A stretch of 64,000 nt of DNA from Octopus bimaculoides (Eukaryota), in the NCBI RefSeq assembly GCF_001194135.2, contig NC_068992.1:52462826-52526825 (forward strand), in the 5' to 3' direction. Made by a program: the position numbers and the translations under genes. The stretch's first letter is position 1. Each line of letters starts with the position of its first letter. Below the pieces are notes generated by a model, which saw only the letters and a program-made list of their open reading frames with translations, ran no database searches and had not been told where the DNA came from. Shown one piece after another: positions 59,971-64,000 of this stretch.

Positions 59971-60330
59971 AGGCGTAGGAGTGGCTGTATGGTACGTAGC
60001 TTGCTTACCAACCACATGGTTCTGGGTTCAGTCCCACTGCATGGCATCTTGGGCAAGTGTCTTCTACTATAGCCTCGGGCCAACCAAAGCCTTGTGAGTG
60101 GATTTGGTAGATGGAAACTGAAAAGAAGCCCGCCGTATATATGTATATATATATATGTATGTATATGTGTCTGTGTATGTGTTTGTCCTCTCCAACATCG
60201 TTTGACAAAAGAGATAGAATAAGTACTAGGTTTACAAAGAATAAGTCCTGGGTTGATTTGCTCGACTAAAGGCGGTGCTCCAGCATGGCCATAGTCAAAA
60301 GACTGAAACAAGTAAAAGTGTAAAAGAGAG
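59971..60330 (+). mobile_element. SINE family A with a deletion in the 3' half
   Basis: Aligns to the 38166 copy and lacks CCGATGCTGG...CGGC. Confidence 0.9.
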
Positions 60331-60776
60331 TAAATAATAAAGACATAAAGAAATTTAAATGAGAATGTAATGAATTATAAACTAAAAATGTGATATTTAT
60401 ATATTTAACAAAGATATCAAGAAATGAAGGTGGTTATATTGAGCAAAAGTGTGTGGTAAGTTATTGCATAATGATGTTTGAAGTGAAGATAACCAAAATG
60501 TAAGTAAGAAACTAATGATCAAGTATATTTTAATGTAACAAACAGAAGAAGGTGTGTAGCATTTTAGTTAATTAAGCTAACTAATCATGTGGGTGTAAGC
60601 TGCATTGATAGAGTCAAAGTTTGATACATCTATCGAAAAATTAGAAAGTTTCGAAGAATCAGTGAATGCATGAGATAATAAATAATGTCGCTATGGCAGT
60701 TCAATAGGTAATGGGGGTTATGCTTTAAGATTTCCATCTTTCTATCATAAATTGTATGAAGCATCATTTCCCTAAT

Positions 60777-60842
60777 ATAACTTTCTAGTATCGATGATAC
60801 ACCATGTAATTATACATGGTATGTTATCATTGTTCAGGTTAT
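60777..60842 (-). ncRNA. Possible decayed hammerhead in the Penelope 3' UTR
   Basis: AUAAC-CUGAACA-[~16-bp hairpin]-C-GAU-ACUAG-AAA-GUUAU. Stem I is 5 bp and the long stem II is intact, but there are at least 4 core deviations. Confidence 0.3.
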
Positions 60843-61297
60843 GTACTTGGTTTACACAATGAGGCAGAATTATTGAGTTTAGTAGAAGTTAATGAACTGA
60901 AGTGAACTAAGTATTGATGCTTAAAGTAAACTGTAGCGTATATATGAGTATATGTGTTTTAGTGGAGTTTTGTTGCTCTTTAAAGGCAGCACATTCAAAA
61001 ACTATGTTATACCTACAGAAAATACCATTCAGAGGCAAGTAGCTGGTATCATACAATTGCATATCTTCCTATCAGTGGTGCTTCCATGATGTTTCTTATT
61101 TGTACTATAATCATGATTTCACTCAGTGGTTAAATCATTCATTGTGAGAAGCGAGTGAATTCCATTGTTTAAAGCATTGCTTTGACTGGGGTTTTCTACC
61201 CTGTCAGTGTCACTTGTTTTAATTGGTTTAATTGGCGGCATCCTTCCAAATCTATATTGCTACTATGTCTAGCATTATCCTCTTAGCATTTCCATGT

Positions 61298-61740
61298 CTA
61301 GTGGAATCTGGATGTTTTTCCCCATTCAGATTTACGGTTGAGAGTGGGTTTGTATTCCTGTATACAGACAGCTTCAGTGACTTGTCTCAGCATTGCATCA
61401 GTGGGATGTGTGGATAAGTTGTTTAGCTTAAGTCTCCCAAAGGAACCCTTGTGGCAGTCTACAGCATGCTGATAGAAGATAGCGTTTGGTTTCTTTCAAT
61501 GTAGTTGTCCAGGTGTTCTTTGAACCTATCATTGATACTCCTAGAAGTCTCACCAATGTATGACTCTGGGTTAGTTGCGCAAGCTCCTTCTTAGCACTTA
61601 ATCTTGTATTCAGTGCTCTTGGTTTTGCAGTTCATGTGTGGGTTTGTAGAACATACTGCACAATTATTTTGACACGTGATTCTATCAAATGGATATGATC
61701 TACATAATACAGATTTGATAGTCCTACCTGTCCTACCTGC
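61298..61740 (-). mobile_element. Penelope-like element GIY-YIG endonuclease fragment (pseudogenised), cut at its 5' side by SINE A
   Basis: GRTIKSVLCRSYPF..CQNNCAVC..NCKTKSTEYKIKC*..YIGETSRSINDRFKEH (frameshift) FYQHAVDCH...LRQVTEAVCIQEYKPTLNRKSEWG. Confidence 0.9.
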
Positions 61741-61901
61741 GACAGGCTTCTTTCAGTTTCCATCTATCAAATCCACTCACAAGGCTTTGGTCAGCCTGAG
61801 GCTATACCACAAGACACTTGCCCACGGTGACACACAGTAGGATTGAACGCAGAACTATGTTGTTGGGAAGCAAGCTTCTTACCACACAGCCACTCCTGCA
61901 C
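61741..61901 (-). mobile_element. SINE family A 5' half
   Basis: GGCTTCTTTCAGTTTCC...CACAAGGCTTTGGTC...ACCACACAGCCACTCCTGCAC. Confidence 0.9.
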
Positions 61902-64000
61902 TTATATATATATGTGTGTGTGTGTGTGTGTATGAATACATATGTCTGTCTGTCTAAAGTATCCTTTCTATTATCTCTACCAGTTGGCCAGTTGGTGATG
62001 GTATTAAGTCCCAGTTCAAAAATAAACTGCTTAGTCCTATGTTCAAATGTATTTTGAAATGACCATAATTGTTAGAATGAAACTTTCCAGGAACAATATC
62101 GATGTGTTTTTACGTTTCTTTAAGATGGTGCAGCATGATTTGAGAGTTTTGTCTTCTGTCTCTAAAGTCCTGATTGACTATAGGCTGTCCTATTGATTTT
62201 CTAGAAATATTTTTGACAGACTTTTCGGTTGAATCTAACTGGAATAAGCACTATGAATTGAAGAATTGCTACACCAATAATATCTGCTATAAATGATTCG
62301 AACAGGAAAAAAAAAAGCTATGATGCAGTTACATTTTTTTTAGAATGATTGATTATTTGGAATACATTAAAAAACCAAAGCAGTGAGAAAATGTTCTAAA
62401 ATTCTATTAATATTCTGTGAACAAAAGGANNNNNNNNNNNNNNNNNNNNNNNNNNNNNNNNNNNNNNNNNNNNNNNNNNNNNNNNNNNNNNNNNNNNNNN
62501 NNNNNNNNNNNNNNNNNNNNNNNNNNNNNNNNNNNNNNNNNNNNNNNNNNNNNNNNNNNNNNNNNNNNNNNNNNNNNNNNNNNNNNNNNNNNNNNNNNNN
62601 NNNNNNNNNNNNNNNNNNNNNNNNNNNNNNNNNNNNNNNNNNNNNNNNNNNNNNNNNNNNNNNNNNNNNNNNNNNNNNNNNNNNNNNNNNNNNNNNNNNN
62701 NNNNNNNNNNNNNNNNNNNNNNNNNNNNNNNNNNNNNNNNNNNNNNNTAGAATTGGAATATTTTGCGATACACTTAGACATGTTTTGAGTGTTAATTTGT
62801 TTTATATTTACTGACAACTAGATAAAGGAATTAATGACAAGCATAGAAAGGAATATTTTTCTCATTATTCATTTTCGCTTTGACATCTTTCACCTTTTGA
62901 AATTGATTCATAAGCTATGAAGATGAATTCTGATAATTAAATTCATTAGATAGTTTTAAATACAGAAGGTGAATCTACATTTTTTTTTAGTTTTACTGCT
63001 TTTATCATCTTTTTTTTTTTTTGTTTTTTGTCCATTTGACTTGATGTAAATTTGAATAAATTTCCATTTTACTTTATTTTGCTTATTAAGTTTTTTTGAA
63101 TTTTTATTTTGACCTTTTGTTACATTCTTCACCTGAAAATTTCTCCCACTACACACACACACACACACAAACACAGGGGATAAAGTACAAATCGGTATAA
63201 AATCAAAATTCTTTCATTAATTTCGGAATCACCAAACTACACTGAAAAGTTCACAGCTTGTCACTTGGTGTGTGTGGTTAGATCACTGTGTAATATGAAA
63301 ACAATTAAAACACATCGTAATGAATAAATAAATAAAATAAACGAATAAATAAAAATCTTTAATAAAATCTTATTGAATGTCAAAGTACTCAAGGTGAATA
63401 ATATATAATTATACAATTGACTTGTGGATCATAATATCAATCTAACAAACTTTTTATGAAAAGATATCATTGATGATGCAAATCTTTCGAAGATGCCAGA
63501 AACATTTCTATAGCTGGAATGGTATTGAGTTTTTATTTTTAGAATTATGAAACAGTATATTTCTTATTCTTTTTCTTATTTTCTTTCTGCGTTTCTTTTC
63601 CTTTTTTTTTTCCCACAGTCAAATTCATGAGGGTAAACGATTGACCCAGTCAACCCATTCAGTGAAGTATCATTTCTATAGAATAGCTGACATATTGATA
63701 TTATAAAACATATTAATTAAAATAGACAAATACGCAACAAAGTCAGATGAAAATGGCTTGATTTATTTAAAAAATGACAACAAAATTGAATGAATTTTGT
63801 TTAATTGCACATTCGTGGTGGGACGAAGAAACAAAACAATAAAATAAATATTACAAATAAAAAAAACATTTTAGCACATTCGTTTGTGATAAAGCTGTTT
63901 TAAATATGTTATTCAGCAAAGAAAAGAAGAAAAGTTTTATTATATATCCACGCGCGTGCGCGCGTGTGTGTGTGTCTTTAGACAGATAAATATATTCATA

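Noticed and set aside
63590-63640. Very strong acceptor TTTTTTTTTTCCCACAG at 63618 with a possible 14-nt exon
   Set aside because: The donor GTAAAC is modest and there is no gene context or recognisable peptide.

Overview
This is an AT-rich, microsatellite-dense eukaryotic draft-assembly window with 15 N-gaps, most of them bordered by (TA)n. The repeat families look like those of an octopus (coleoid cephalopod); that assignment is an inference from recognising the repeats. No host protein-coding gene can be supported: almost all ORF-track entries are microsatellite, gap or repeat artefacts, and only a few isolated splice-signal candidates remain. The window is a layered transposon landscape. 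It holds several tRNA-derived SINE families (labelled A, B, D, E here as local names), RTE LINE 3' ends, two R4/Dong-type LINE fossils (one ~2.8 kb with RT, CCHC and restriction-like endonuclease motifs in order), two Penelope-like (PLE) fossils, and Tc1/mariner, maT-like, piggyBac-type and hAT-type DNA elements. The main observation is a set of minimal type I hammerhead ribozyme motifs. Two copies of a tRNA-headed SINE (24.4 kb and 45.0 kb) end in a PLE-style hammerhead with a palindromic stem III, and their lesions are complementary, so the consensus is intact. Three more unrelated hammerhead or hammerhead-like motifs cluster at 29.1-29.55 kb, and a decayed one may lie in the 3' UTR of the 61 kb Penelope fossil. 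All structures were paired by eye and none has been tested.
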